Below, piece by piece: positions 25,447 through 40,400 of a DNA stretch of 64,000 nucleotides (within the stretch, counting starts at the first letter, position 1; the number at the start of each line of letters is the position of its first letter). The notes beneath the pieces were generated by a model. That model did not search any database. It saw only the letters and a list, made by a program, of their open reading frames with translations, and was not told where the DNA came from. Location: positions 388,182,001-388,246,000 of the forward strand of contig OZ024741.1 of NCBI GenBank assembly GCA_964016885.1, read 5' to 3'. The translations under genes were made by a program, and so were the position numbers. The DNA comes from Eledone cirrhosa (Eukaryota).

Positions 25447-28400
25447 TATCTAACAACCCACATTGAGAAAGCCTCTACCCAATATCCTGGCCATCTAACA
25501 ACCCACATTGAGAAAGCCTCTACCCAATGTCCTGGCTATCTAACAACCCACATTGAGAAAGCCTCTACCCAATATCCTGGCTATCTAACAACCAACATTG
25601 AGAAAGCCTCTACCCAATATCCTGGCTGTTTAACAACCAACATTGAGAAAGCCTCTACCCAATATCCTGGCTATCTAACAACCCACATTGAGAAAGCCTC
25701 TACCCAATATCCTGGCCATCTAACAACCCACATTGAGAAAATCTCTACCCAATATCCTGGCTATCTAACAACCCACATTGAGAAAGCCTCTACCCAATGT
25801 CCTGGCTATCTAACAACCCACATTGAGAAAGCCTCTACCCAATATCCTGGCTATCTAACAACCAATGTTGAGAAAGCCTCTACCCAATATCCTGGCCATC
25901 TAACAACCCACATTGAGAAAGCCTCTACCCAATATCCTGGCCATCTAACAACCCACATTGAGAAACCCTCTACCCAATATCCTGGCCATCTAACAACCCA
26001 CATTGAGAAAGCCTCTACCCAATGTCCTGGCTATCTAACAACCCACATTGAGAAAGCCTCTACCCAATGTCCTGGCCATCTCACAACCAACATTAAGAAA
26101 GCCTCTACCCAATATCCTGGCTATCTAACAACCCACATTGAGAAAGCCTCTACCCAATATCCTGGCTGTCTAACAACCAACATTGAGAAAGCCTCTACCC
26201 AATGTCCTGGCCATCTAACAACCAACATTGAGAAAGCCTCTACCCAATATCCTGGCTATCTAACAACCAACATTAAGAAAGCCTCTACCCAATGTCCTGG
26301 CTGTCTAACAACCCACATTGAGAAAGCCTCTACCCAATATCCTGGCCATCTAACAACCAACATTGAGAAAGCCTCTACCCAATGTCCTGGCTATCTAACA
26401 ACCAACATTGAGAAAGCCTCTACCCAATATCCTGGCTGTCTAACAACCAACATTGAGAAAGCCTCTACCCAATGTCCTGGCCATCTAACAACCAACATTG
26501 AGAAAGCCTCTACCCAATATCCTGGCTATCTAACAACCAACATTAAGAAAGACTCTACCCAATGTCCTGGCTGTCTAACAACCCACATTGAGAAAGCCTC
26601 TACCCAATATCCTGGCCATCTAACAACCAACATTGAGAAAGCCTCTACCCAATGTCCTGGCTATCTAACAACCAACATTGAGAAAGCCTCTACCCAATAT
26701 CCTGGCTGTCTAACAACCAACATTGAGAAAGCCTCTACCCAATATTCTGGCTATCTAACAACCAACATTAAGAAAGCCTCTACCCAATGTCCTGGCTGTC
26801 TAACAACCCACATTGAGAAAGCCTCTACCCAATATCCTGGCTGTCTAACAACCAACATTGAGAAAGCCTCTACCCAATATCCTGGCTATCTAACAACCAA
26901 CATTGAGAAAGCCTCTACCCAATATCCTGGCTATCTAACAACCAACATTAAGAAAGCCTCTACCCAATGTCCTGGCTATCTAACAACCAACATTGAGAAA
27001 GCCTCTACCCAATATCCTGGCTGTCTAACAACCAACATTGAGAAAGCCTCTACCCAATATCCTGGCTGTCTAACAACCAACATTGAGAAAGCCTCTACCC
27101 AATATCCTGGCTGTCTAACAACCCACATTGAGAAAGCCTCTACCCAATATCCTGGCCATCTAACAACCCGCATTGAGAAAGTCTCTACCCAATGTCCTGG
27201 CTATCTAACAACCCACATTGAGAAAGCCTCTACCCAATATCCTGGCTATCTAACAACCCACATTGAGAAAGCCTCTACCCAATATCCTGGCTATCTAACA
27301 ACCAACATTGAGAAAGCCTCTACCCAATATTCTGGCTATCTAACAACCCACATTGAGAAAGCCTCTACCCAATATCCTGGCTATCTAACAACCCACATTG
27401 AGAAAGCCTCTACCCAATATCCTGGCTATCTAACAACCAACATTGAGAAAGCCTCTACCCAATATCCTGGCCGTCTAACAACCAACATTGAGAAAGCCTC
27501 TACCCAATATCCTGGCCGTCTAACAACCAACATTGAGAAAGCCTCTACCCAATATCCTGGCTATCTAATAACAAACATTGAGAAAGCCTCTACCCAATAT
27601 CCTGGCTATCTAACAACCCACATTGAGAAAGCCTCTACCCAATATTCTGGCTATCTAACAACCAACATTAAGAAAGCCTCTACCCAATGTCCTGGCTGTC
27701 TAACAACCCACATTGAGAAAGCCTCTACCCAATATCCTGGCTGTCTAACAACCAACATTGAGAAAGCCTCTACCCAATGTCCTGGCTATCTAACAACCAA
27801 CATTGAGAAAGCCTCTACCCAATATCCTGGCTGTCTAACAACCAACATTGAGAAGGCCTCTACCCAATATCCTGGCTGTCTAACAACCAACATTGAGAAA
27901 GCCTCTACCCAATGTCCTGGCTATCTAACAACCAACATTGAGAAAGCCTCTACCCAATATCCTGGCTGTCTAACAACCAACATTGAGAAGGCCTCTACCC
28001 AATATCCTGGCTATCTAACAACCAACATTGAGAAAGCCTCTACCCAATATCCTGGCCATCTAACAACCCACATTGAGAAAGCCTCTACCCAATGTCCTGG
28101 CTATCTAACAACCCACATTGAGAAAGCCTCTACCCAATATCCTGGCTATCTAACAACCAACATTGAGAAAGCCTCTACCCAATATCCTGGCTGTTTAACA
28201 ACCAACATTGAGAAAGCCTCTACCCAATATCCTGGCTATCTAACAACCCACATTGAGAAAGCCTCTACCCAATATCCTGGCCATCTAACAACCCACATTG
28301 AGAAAATCTCTACCCAATATCCTGGCTATCTAACAACCCACATTGAGAAAGCCTCTACCCAATGTCCTGGCTATCTAACAACCCACATTGAGAAAGCCTC

Positions 28401-31400
28401 TACCCAATATCCTGGCTATCTAACAACCAATGTTGAGAAAGCCTCTACCCAATATCCTGGCCATCTAACAACCCACATTGAGAAAGCCTCTACCCAATAT
28501 CCTGGCCATCTAACAACCCACATTGAGAAACCCTCTACCCAATATCCTGGCCATCTAACAACCCACATTGAGAAAGCCTCTACCCAATGTCCTGGCTATC
28601 TAACAACCCACATTGAGAAAGCCTCTACCCAATGTCCTGGCCATCTCACAACCAACATTAAGAAAGCCTCTACCCAATATCCTGGCTATCTAACAACCCA
28701 CATTGAGAAAGCCTCTACCCAATATCCTGGCTGTCTAACAACCAACATTGAGAAAGCCTCTACCCAATGTCCTGGCCATCTAACAACCAACATTGAGAAA
28801 GCCTCTACCCAATATCCTGGCTATCTAACAACCAACATTAAGAAAGCCTCTACCCAATGTCCTGGCTGTCTAACAACCCACATTGAGAAAGCCTCTACCC
28901 AATATCCTGGCCATCTAACAACCAACATTGAGAAAGCCTCTACCCAATGTCCTGGCTATCTAACAACCAACATTGAGAAAGCCTCTACCCAATATCCTGG
29001 CTGTCTAACAACCAACATTGAGAAAGCCTCTACCCAATGTCCTGGCCATCTAACAACCAACATTGAGAAAGCCTCTACCCAATATCCTGGCTATCTAACA
29101 ACCAACATTAAGAAAGCCTCTACCCAATGTCCTGGCTGTCTAACAACCCACATTGAGAAAGCCTCTACCCAATATCCTGGCCATCTAACAACCAACATTG
29201 AGAAAGCCTCTACCCAATGTCCTGGCTATCTAACAACCAACATTGAGAAAGCCTCTACCCAATATCCTGGCTGTCTAACAACCAACATTGAGAAAGCCTC
29301 TACCCAATATTCTGGCTATCTAACAACCAACATTAAGAAAGCCTCTACCCAATGTCCTGGCTGTCTAACAACCCACATTGAGAAAGCCTCTACCCAATAT
29401 CCTGGCTGTCTAACAACCAACATTGAGAAAGCCTCTACCCAATATCCTGGCTATCTAACAACCAACATTGAGAAAGCCTCTACCCAATATCCTGGCTATC
29501 TAACAACCAACATTAAGAAAGCCTCTACCCAATGTCCTGGCTATCTAACAACCAACATTGAGAAAGCCTCTACCCAATATCCTGGCTGTCTAACAACCAA
29601 CATTGAGAAAGCCTCTACCCAATATCCTGGCTGTCTAACAACCAACATTGAGAAAGCCTCTACCCAATATCCTGGCTGTCTAACAACCCACATTGAGAAA
29701 GCCTCTACCCAATATCCTGGCCATCTAACAACCCGCATTGAGAAAGTCTCTACCCAATGTCCTGGCTATCTAACAACCCACATTGAGAAAGCCTCTACCC
29801 AATATCCTGGCTATCTAACAACCCACATTGAGAAAGCCTCTACCCAATATCCTGGCTATCTAACAACCAACATTGAGAAAGCCTCTACCCAATATTCTGG
29901 CTATCTAACAACCCACATTGAGAAAGCCTCTACCCAATATCCTGGCTATCTAACAACCCACATTGAGAAAGCCTCTACCCAATATCCTGGCTATCTAACA
30001 ACCAACATTGAGAAAGCCTCTACCCAATATCCTGGCCGTCTAACAACCAACATTGAGAAAGCCTCTACCCAATATCCTGGCCGTCTAACAACCAACATTG
30101 AGAAAGCCTCTACCCAATATCCTGGCTATCTAATAACCAACATTGAGAAAGCCTCTACCCAATATCCTGGCTATCTAACAACCCACATTGAGAAAGCCTC
30201 TACCCAATATTCTGGCTATCTAACAACCAACATTAAGAAAGCCTCTACCCAATGTCCTGGCTGTCTAACAACCCACATTGAGAAAGCCTCTACCCAATAT
30301 CCTGGCTGTCTAACAACCAACATTGAGAAAGCCTCTACCCAATGTCCTGGCTATCTAACAACCAACATTGAGAAAGCCTCTACCCAATATCCTGGCTGTC
30401 TAACAACCAACATTGAGAAGGCCTCTACCCAATATCCTGGCTATCTAATAACAAACATTGAGAAAGCCTCTACCCAATATCCTGGCTATCTAACAACCCA
30501 CATTGAGAAAGCCTCTACCCAATATTCTGGCTATCTAACAACCAACATTAAGAAAGCCTCTACCCAATGTCCTGGCTGTCTAACAACCCACATTGAGAAA
30601 GCCTCTACCCAATATCCTGGCTGTCTAACAACCAACATTGAGAAAGCCTCTACCCAATGTCCTGGCTATCTAACAACCAACATTGAGAAAGCCTCTACCC
30701 AATATCCTGGCTGTCTAACAACCAACATTGAGAAGGCCTCTACCCAATATCCTGGCTGTCTAACAACCAACATTGAGAAAGCCTCTACCCAATGTCCTGG
30801 CTATCTAACAACCAACATTGAGAAAGCCTCTACCCAATATTCTGGCTATCTAACAACCCACATTGAGAAAGCCTCTACCCAATATCCTGGCTATCTAACA
30901 ACCCACATTGAGAAAGCCTCTACCCAATATCCTGGCTATCTAACAACCAACATTGAGAAAGCCTCTACCCAATATCCTGGCCGTCTAACAACCAACATTG
31001 AGAAAGCCTCTACCCAATATCCTGGCCGTCTAACAACCAACATTGAGAAAGCCTCTACCCAATATCCTGGCTATCTAATAACAAACATTGAGAAAGCCTC
31101 TACCCAATATCCTGGCTATCTAACAACCCACATTGAGAAAGCCTCTACCCAATATTCTGGCTATCTAACAACCAACATTAAGAAAGCCTCTACCCAATGT
31201 CCTGGCTGTCTAACAACCCACATTGAGAAAGCCTCTACCCAATATCCTGGCTGTCTAACAACCAACATTGAGAAAGCCTCTACCCAATGTCCTGGCTATC
31301 TAACAACCAACATTGAGAAAGCCTCTACCCAATATCCTGGCTGTCTAACAACCAACATTGAGAAGGCCTCTACCCAATATCCTGGCTGTCTAACAACCAA

Positions 31401-34400
31401 CATTGAGAAAGCCTCTACCCAATGTCCTGGCTATCTAACAACCAACATTGAGAAAGCCTCTACCCAATATCCTGGCTGTCTAACAACCAACATTGAGAAG
31501 GCCTCTACCCAATATCCTGGCTATCTAACAACCAACATTGAGAAAGCCTCTACCCAATATCCTGGCCATCTAACAACCCACATTGAGAAAGCCTCTACCC
31601 AATGTCCTGGCTATCTAACAACCCACATTGAGAAAGCCTCTACCCAATATCCTGGCTATCTAACAACCAACATTGAGAAAGCCTCTACCCAATATCCTGG
31701 CTGTTTAACAACCAACATTGAGAAAGCCTCTACCCAATATCCTGGCTATCTAACAACCCACATTGAGAAAGCCTCTACCCAATATCCTGGCCATCTAACA
31801 ACCCACATTGAGAAAATCTCTACCCAATATCCTGGCTATCTAACAACCCACATTGAGAAAGCCTCTACCCAATGTCCTGGCTATCTAACAACCCACATTG
31901 AGAAAGCCTCTACCCAATATCCTGGCTATCTAACAACCAATGTTGAGAAAGCCTCTACCCAATATCCTGGCCATCTAACAACCCACATTGAGAAAGCCTC
32001 TACCCAATATCCTGGCCATCTAACAACCCACATTGAGAAACCCTCTACCCAATATCCTGGCCATCTAACAACCCACATTGAGAAAGCCTCTACCCAATGT
32101 CCTGGCTATCTAACAACCCACATTGAGAAAGCCTCTACCCAATGTCCTGGCCATCTCACAACCAACATTAAGAAAGCCTCTACCCAATATCCTGGCTATC
32201 TAACAACCCACATTGAGAAAGCCTCTACCCAATATCCTGGCTGTCTAACAACCAACATTGAGAAAGCCTCTACCCAATGTCCTGGCCATCTAACAACCAA
32301 CATTGAGAAAGCCTCTACCCAATATCCTGGCTATCTAACAACCAACATTAAGAAAGCCTCTACCCAATGTCCTGGCTGTCTAACAACCCACATTGAGAAA
32401 GCCTCTACCCAATATCCTGGCCATCTAACAACCAACATTGAGAAAGCCTCTACCCAATGTCCTGGCTATCTAACAACCAACATTGAGAAAGCCTCTACCC
32501 AATATCCTGGCTGTCTAACAACCAACATTGAGAAAGCCTCTACCCAATGTCCTGGCCATCTAACAACCAACATTGAGAAAGCCTCTACCCAATATCCTGG
32601 CTATCTAACAACCAACATTAAGAAAGCCTCTACCCAATGTCCTGGCTGTCTAACAACCCACATTGAGAAAGCCTCTACCCAATATCCTGGCCATCTAACA
32701 ACCAACATTGAGAAAGCCTCTACCCAATGTCCTGGCTATCTAACAACCAACATTGAGAAAGCCTCTACCCAATATCCTGGCTGTCTAACAACCAACATTG
32801 AGAAAGCCTCTACCCAATATTCTGGCTATCTAACAACCAACATTAAGAAAGCCTCTACCCAATGTCCTGGCTGTCTAACAACCCACATTGAGAAAGCCTC
32901 TACCCAATATCCTGGCTGTCTAACAACCAACATTGAGAAAGCCTCTACCCAATATCCTGGCTATCTAACAACCAACATTGAGAAAGCCTCTACCCAATAT
33001 CCTGGCTATCTAACAACCAACATTAAGAAAGCCTCTACCCAATGTCCTGGCTATCTAACAACCAACATTGAGAAAGCCTCTACCCAATATCCTGGCTGTC
33101 TAACAACCAACATTGAGAAAGCCTCTACCCAATATCCTGGCTGTCTAACAACCAACATTGAGAAAGCCTCTACCCAATATCCTGGCTGTCTAACAACCCA
33201 CATTGAGAAAGCCTCTACCCAATATCCTGGCCATCTAACAACCCGCATTGAGAAAGTCTCTACCCAATGTCCTGGCTATCTAACAACCCACATTGAGAAA
33301 GCCTCTACCCAATATCCTGGCTATCTAACAACCCACATTGAGAAAGCCTCTACCCAATATCCTGGCTATCTAACAACCAACATTGAGAAAGCCTCTACCC
33401 AATATTCTGGCTATCTAACAACCCACATTGAGAAAGCCTCTACCCAATATCCTGGCTATCTAACAACCCACATTGAGAAAGCCTCTACCCAATATCCTGG
33501 CTATCTAACAACCAACATTGAGAAAGCCTCTACCCAATATCCTGGCCGTCTAACAACCAACATTGAGAAAGCCTCTACCCAATATCCTGGCCGTCTAACA
33601 ACCAACATTGAGAAAGCCTCTACCCAATATCCTGGCTATCTAATAACCAACATTGAGAAAGCCTCTACCCAATATCCTGGCTATCTAACAACCCACATTG
33701 AGAAAGCCTCTACCCAATATTCTGGCTATCTAACAACCAACATTAAGAAAGCCTCTACCCAATGTCCTGGCTGTCTAACAACCCACATTGAGAAAGCCTC
33801 TACCCAATATCCTGGCTGTCTAACAACCAACATTGAGAAAGCCTCTACCCAATGTCCTGGCTATCTAACAACCAACATTGAGAAAGCCTCTACCCAATAT
33901 CCTGGCTGTCTAACAACCAACATTGAGAAGGCCTCTACCCAATATCCTGGCTGTCTAACAACCAACATTGAGAAAGCCTCTACCCAATATCCTGGCTGTC
34001 TAACAACCCACATTGAGAAAGCCTCTACCCAATATCCTGGCCATCTAACAACCCGCATTGAGAAAGTCTCTACCCAATGTCCTGGCTATCTAACAACCCA
34101 CATTGAGAAAGCCTCTACCCAATATCCTGGCTATCTAACAACCCACATTGAGAAAGCCTCTACCCAATATCCTGGCTATCTAACAACCAACATTGAGAAA
34201 GCCTCTACCCAATATTCTGGCTATCTAACAACCAACATTGAGAAAGCCTCTACTCAACATCCTGGCCATCTAACAACCAACATTAAGATAGCCTCTACCC
34301 AATGTCCTGGCTATCTAACAACCAACATTGAGAAAGCCTCTACCCAATGTCCTGGCTATCTAACAACCAACATTATGAAAGCCTCTACCCAATGTCCTGG

Positions 34401-37400
34401 CTATCTAACAACCAACATTGAGAAAGCCTCTACCCAATATCCTGGCTGTCTAACAACCAGCATTGAGAAAGCCTCTACCCAATATCCTGGCTGTCTAACA
34501 ACCAACATTGAGAAAGCCTCTACCCAATATCCTGGCTGTCTAACAACCCACATTGAGAAAGCCTCTACCCAATATCCTGGCCATCTAACAACCCGCATTG
34601 AGAAAGTCTCTACCCAATGTCCTGGCTATCTATCAATCCACATTGAGAAAGCCTCTACCCAATATCCTGGCTATCTAACAACCCACATTGAGAAAGCCTC
34701 TACCCAATATCCTGGCTATCTAACAACCCACATTGAGAAAGCCTCTACCCAATATCCTGGCTATCTAACAACCCACATTGAGAAAGCCTCTACCCAATAT
34801 CCTGGCTATCTAACAACCAACATTGAGAAAGCCTCTACCCAATATCCTGGTCGTCTAACAACCAACATTGAGAAAGCCTCTACCCAATATCCTGGCTATC
34901 TAACAACCAACATTGAGAAAGCCTCTACCCAATATCCTGGCTATCTAACAACCCACATTGAGAAAGCCTCTACCCAATATCATGGCTATCTAACAACCCA
35001 CATTGAGAAAGCCTCTACCCAATATCCTGGCTATCTAACAACCAACATTGAGAAAGCCTCTACCCAATATCCTGTCCGTCTAACAACCAACATTGAGAAA
35101 GCCTCTACCCAATATCCTGGCTATCTAACAACCAACATTGAGGAAGCCTCTACCCAATATCCTGGCTATCTAACAACCCACATTGAGAAATCCTCTACCC
35201 AATATCCTGGCCATCTAACAACCCGCATTGAGAAAGTCTCTACCCAATATCCTGGCTATCTAACAACCCACATTGAGAAAGCCTCTACCCAATGTCCTGG
35301 CTATCTAACAACCAACATTGAGAAAGCCTCTACCCAATAACCTGGCTGTCTAACAACCAACATTGAGAAAGCCTCTTCCCAATATTCTGGCTATCTAACA
35401 ACCAACATTAAGAAAGCCTCTACCCAATGTCCTGGCTGTCTAACAACCCACATTGAGAAAGCCTCTACCCAATATCCTGGCCATCTAACAACCAACATTG
35501 AGAAAGCCTCTACCCAATGTCCTGGCTATCTAACAACCAACATTGAGAAAGCCTCTACCCAATATCCTGGCTGTCTAACAAACAACATTGAGAAAGCCTC
35601 TACCCAATGTCCTGGCCATCTAACAACCAACATTGAGAAAGCCTCTACCCAATATCCTGGCTATCTAACAACCAACATTAAGAAAGCCTCTACCCAATGT
35701 CCTGGCTGTCTAACAACCCACATTGAGAAAGCCTCTACCCAATATCCTGGCCATCTAACAACCAACTTTGAGAAAGCCTCTACCCAATGTCCTGGCTATC
35801 TAACAACCAACATTGAGAAAGCCTCTACCCAATATCCTGGCTGTCTAACAACCAACATTGAGAAAGCCTCTACCCACCATCCTGGCCATCTAACAACCAA
35901 CATTGAGAAAGCCTCTACCCAATGTCCTGGCTATCTAACAACCAACATTAAGAAAGCCTCTACCTAATGTCCTGGCTCTCTAGCAACCCACATTGAGAAA
36001 GCCTCTACCCAATATCCTGGCCATCTAACAACCAACATTGAGAAAGCCTCTACCCAATATCCTGGCTATCTAACAACCAACATTGAGAAAGCCTCTACCC
36101 AATGTCCTGGCTATCTAACAACCAACATTAAGAAAAGCTCTACCCAATGTCCTGGCTGTCTAACAACCCACATTGAGAAAGCCTCTACCCAATATCCTGG
36201 CCATCTAACAACCAACATTGAGAAAGCCTCTACCCAATATCCTGGCCATCTAACAACCAACATTGAGAAAGCCTCTACCCAATGTCCTGGCCATCTAACA
36301 ACCAACATTGAGAAAGCCTCTACCCAATATCCTGACTATCTAACAACCCACATTGAGAAAGCCTCTACCCAATATCCTGGCTATCTAACAACCAACATTG
36401 AGAAAGCATCTACCCAATATCCTGGCCATCTAACAACCAACATTGAGAAAGCCTCTACCCAATATGCTGGCTATCTAACAACCCACATTGAGAAAGCCTC
36501 TACCCAATGTCCTGGCTATCTAACAACCCACATTGAGAAAGCCTCTACCCAATGTCCTGGCTATCTAACAACCAACATTGAGAAAGCCTCTACCCAATAT
36601 CCTGGCTATCTAACAACCAACATTGAGAAAGCCTCTACCCAATATCCTGGCCATCTAACAACCCACATTGAGAAAGCCTCTACCCAATATCCTGGCTATC
36701 TAACAACCAACATTGAGAAAGCCTCTACCCAATTTCCTGGCTATCTAACAACCAACATTGAGAAAGCCTCTACCCAATATCCTGGCTGTCTAACAACCAA
36801 CATTGAGAAAGCCTCTACCCAATATCCTGGCTATCTAACAACCAACATTGAGAAAACCTCTACCCAATGTCCTGGCTATCTAACAACCAACATTGAGAAA
36901 GCCTCTACCCAATATCCTGGCTATCTAACAACCAACATTGAGAAAGCCTCTACCCAATATTCTGGCTATCTAACAACCAACATTGAGAAAGCCTCTACCC
37001 AATATCCTGGCCATCTAACAACCCACATTGAGAAAGCCTCTACCCAATATCCTGGCTATCTAACAACCCACATTGAGAAAGCCTCTACCCAATGTTCTGG
37101 CTATCTAACAACCCACATTGAGAAAGCCTCTACCCAATATCCTGGCTATCTAACAACCAACATTGAGAAAGCCTCTACCCAATATCCTGGCCATCTAACA
37201 ACCCACATTGAGAAAGCCTCTACCCAATATCCTGGCTATCTAACAACCCACATTGAGAAAGCCTCTACCCAATGTCCTGGCTATCTAACAACCAACATTA
37301 AGAAAGCCTCTACCCAATGTCCTGGCTGTCTAACAACCCACATTGAGAAAGCCTCTACCCAATATCCTGGCCATCTAACAACCAACATTGAGAAAGCCTC

Positions 37401-40400
37401 TACCCAATGTCCTGGCTATCTAACAACCAACATTGAGAAAGCCTCTACCCAATATCCTGGCTGTCTAACAACCAACATTAAGAAAGCCTCTACCCAATGT
37501 CCTGGCTATCTAACAACCAACATTGAGAAAGCCTCTACCCAATATCCTGGCTGTCTAACAACCAACATTGAGAAAGCCTCTACCCAATATCCTGGCTGTC
37601 TAACAACCAACATTGAGAAAGCCTCTACCCAATATCCTGGCTGTCTAACAACCCACATTGAGAAAGCCTCTACCCAATATCCTGGCTGTCTAACAACCAA
37701 CATTGAGAAAGCCTCTACCCAATATCCTGGCTATCTAACAACCAACATTGAGAAAGCCTCTACCCAATATCCTGGCTATCTAACAACCAACATTAAGAAA
37801 GCCTCTACCCAATGTCCTGGCTATCTAACAACCAACATTGAGAAAGCCTCTACCCAATATCCTGGCTGTCTAACAACCAACATTGAGAAAGCCTCTACCC
37901 AATATCCTGGCTGTCTAACAACCCACATTGAGAAAGCCTCTACCCAATATCCTGGCCATCTAACAACCCGCATTGAGAAAGTCTCTACCCAATGTCCTGG
38001 CTATCTAACAACCCACATTGAGAAAGCCTCTACCCAATATCCTGGCTATCTAACAACCCACATTGAGAAAGCCTCTACCCAATATCCTGGCTATCTAACA
38101 ACCAACATTGAGAAAGCCTCTACCCAATATTCTGGCTATCTAACAACCAACATTGAGAAAGCCTCTACTCAACATCCTGGCCATCTAACAACCAACATTG
38201 AGATAGCCTCTACCCAATGTCCTGGCTATCTAACAACCAACATTGAGAAAGCGTCTACCCAATGTCCTGGCTATCTAACAACCAACATTAAGAAAGCCTC
38301 TACCCAATGTCCTGGCTATCTAACAACCAACATTGAGAAAGCCTCTACCCAATATCCTGGCTGTCTAACAACCAGCATTGAGAAAGCCTCTACCCAATAT
38401 CCTGGCTGTCTAACAACCAACATTGAGAAAGCCTCTACCCAATATCCTGGCTGTCTAACAACCCACATTGAGAAAGCCTCTACCCAATATCCTGGCCATC
38501 TAACAACCCGCATTGAGAAAGTCTCTACCCAATGTCCTGGCTATCTAACAACCCACATTGAGAAAGCCTCTACCCAATATCCTGGCTATCTAACAACCCA
38601 CATTGAGAAAGCCTCTACCCAATATCCTGGCTATCTAACAACCCACATTGAGAAAGCCTCTACCCAATATCCTGGCTATCTAACAACCCACATTGAGAAA
38701 GCCTCTACCCAATATCCTGGCTATCTAACAACCAACATTGAGAAAGCCTCTACCCAATATCCTGGTCGTCTAACAACCAACATTGAGAAAGCCTCTACCC
38801 AATATCCTGGCTATCTAACAACCAACATTGAGAAAGCCTCTACCCAATATCCTGGCTATCTAACAACCCACATTGAGAAAGCCTCTACCCAATATCCTGG
38901 CTATCTAACAACCCACATTGAGAAAGCCTCTACCCAATATCCTGGCTATCTAACAACCAACATTGAGAAAGCCTCTACCCAATATCCTGTCCGTCTAACA
39001 ACCAACATTGAGAAAGCCTCTACCCAATATCCTGGCTATCTAACAACCAACATTGTGAAAGCCTCTACCCAATATCCTGGCTATCTAACAACCCACATTG
39101 AGAAATCCTCTACCCAATATCCTGGCCATCTAACAACCCGCATTGAGAAAGTCTCTACCCAATATCCTGGCTATCTAACAACCCACATTGAGAAAGGCTC
39201 TACCCAATATCCTGGCTATCTAACAATCCACATTGAGAAAGCCTCTACCCAATATCCTGGCTATCTACCAACCCACATTGAGAAAGCCTCTACCCAATAT
39301 CCTGGCTATCTAACAACCAACATTGAGAAAGCCTCTACCCAATATCCTGGCCGTCTAACAACCAACATTGAGAAAGCCTCTACCCAATATCCTGGCCGTC
39401 TAACAACCAACATTGAGAAAGCCTCTACCCAATATCCTGGCTATCTAATAACCAACATTGAGAAAGCCTCTACCCAATATCCTGGCTATCTAACAACCCA
39501 CATTGAGAAAGCCTCTACCCAATATTCTGGCTATCTAACAACCAACATTAAGAAAGCCTCTACCCAATGTCCTGGCTGTCTAACAACCCACATTGAGAAA
39601 GCCTCTACCCAATATCCTGGCTGTCTAACAAGCAACATTGAGAAAGCCTCTACCCAATATCCTGGCTATCTAACAACCAACATTGAGAAAGCCTCTACCC
39701 AATATCCTGGCTATCTAACAACCAACATCAAGAAAGCCTCTACCCAATGTCCTGGCTATCTAACAACCAACATTGAGAAAGCCTCTACCCAATATCCTGG
39801 CTGTCTAACAACCAACATTGAGAAAGCCTCTACCCAATATCCTGGCTGTCTAACAACCAACATTGAGAAAGCCTCTACCCAATATCCTGGCTGTCTAACA
39901 ACCCACATTGAGAAAGCCTCTACCCAATATCCTGGCCATTCTAACAACCCGCATTGAGAAAGTCTCTACCCAATGTCCTGGCTATCTAACAACCCACATT
40001 GAGAAAGCCTCTACCCAATATCCTGGCTATCTAACAACCCACATTGAGAAAGCCTCTACCCAATATTCTGGCTATCTAACAACCAACATTGAGAAAGCCT
40101 CTACTCAACATCCTGGCCATCTAACAACCAACATTGAGATAGCCTCTACCCAATGTCCTGGCTATCTAACAACCAACATTGAGAAAGCCTCTACCCAATG
40201 TCCTGGCTATCTAACAACCAACATTATGAAAGCCTCTACCCAATGTCCTGGCTATCTAACAACCAACATTGAGAAAGCCTCTACCCAATATCCTGGCTAT
40301 CTAACAACCCACATTGAGAAAGCCTCTACCCAATATCCTGGCTATCTAACAACCCACATTGAGAAAGCCTCTACCCAATATCCTGGCTATCTACCAACCC

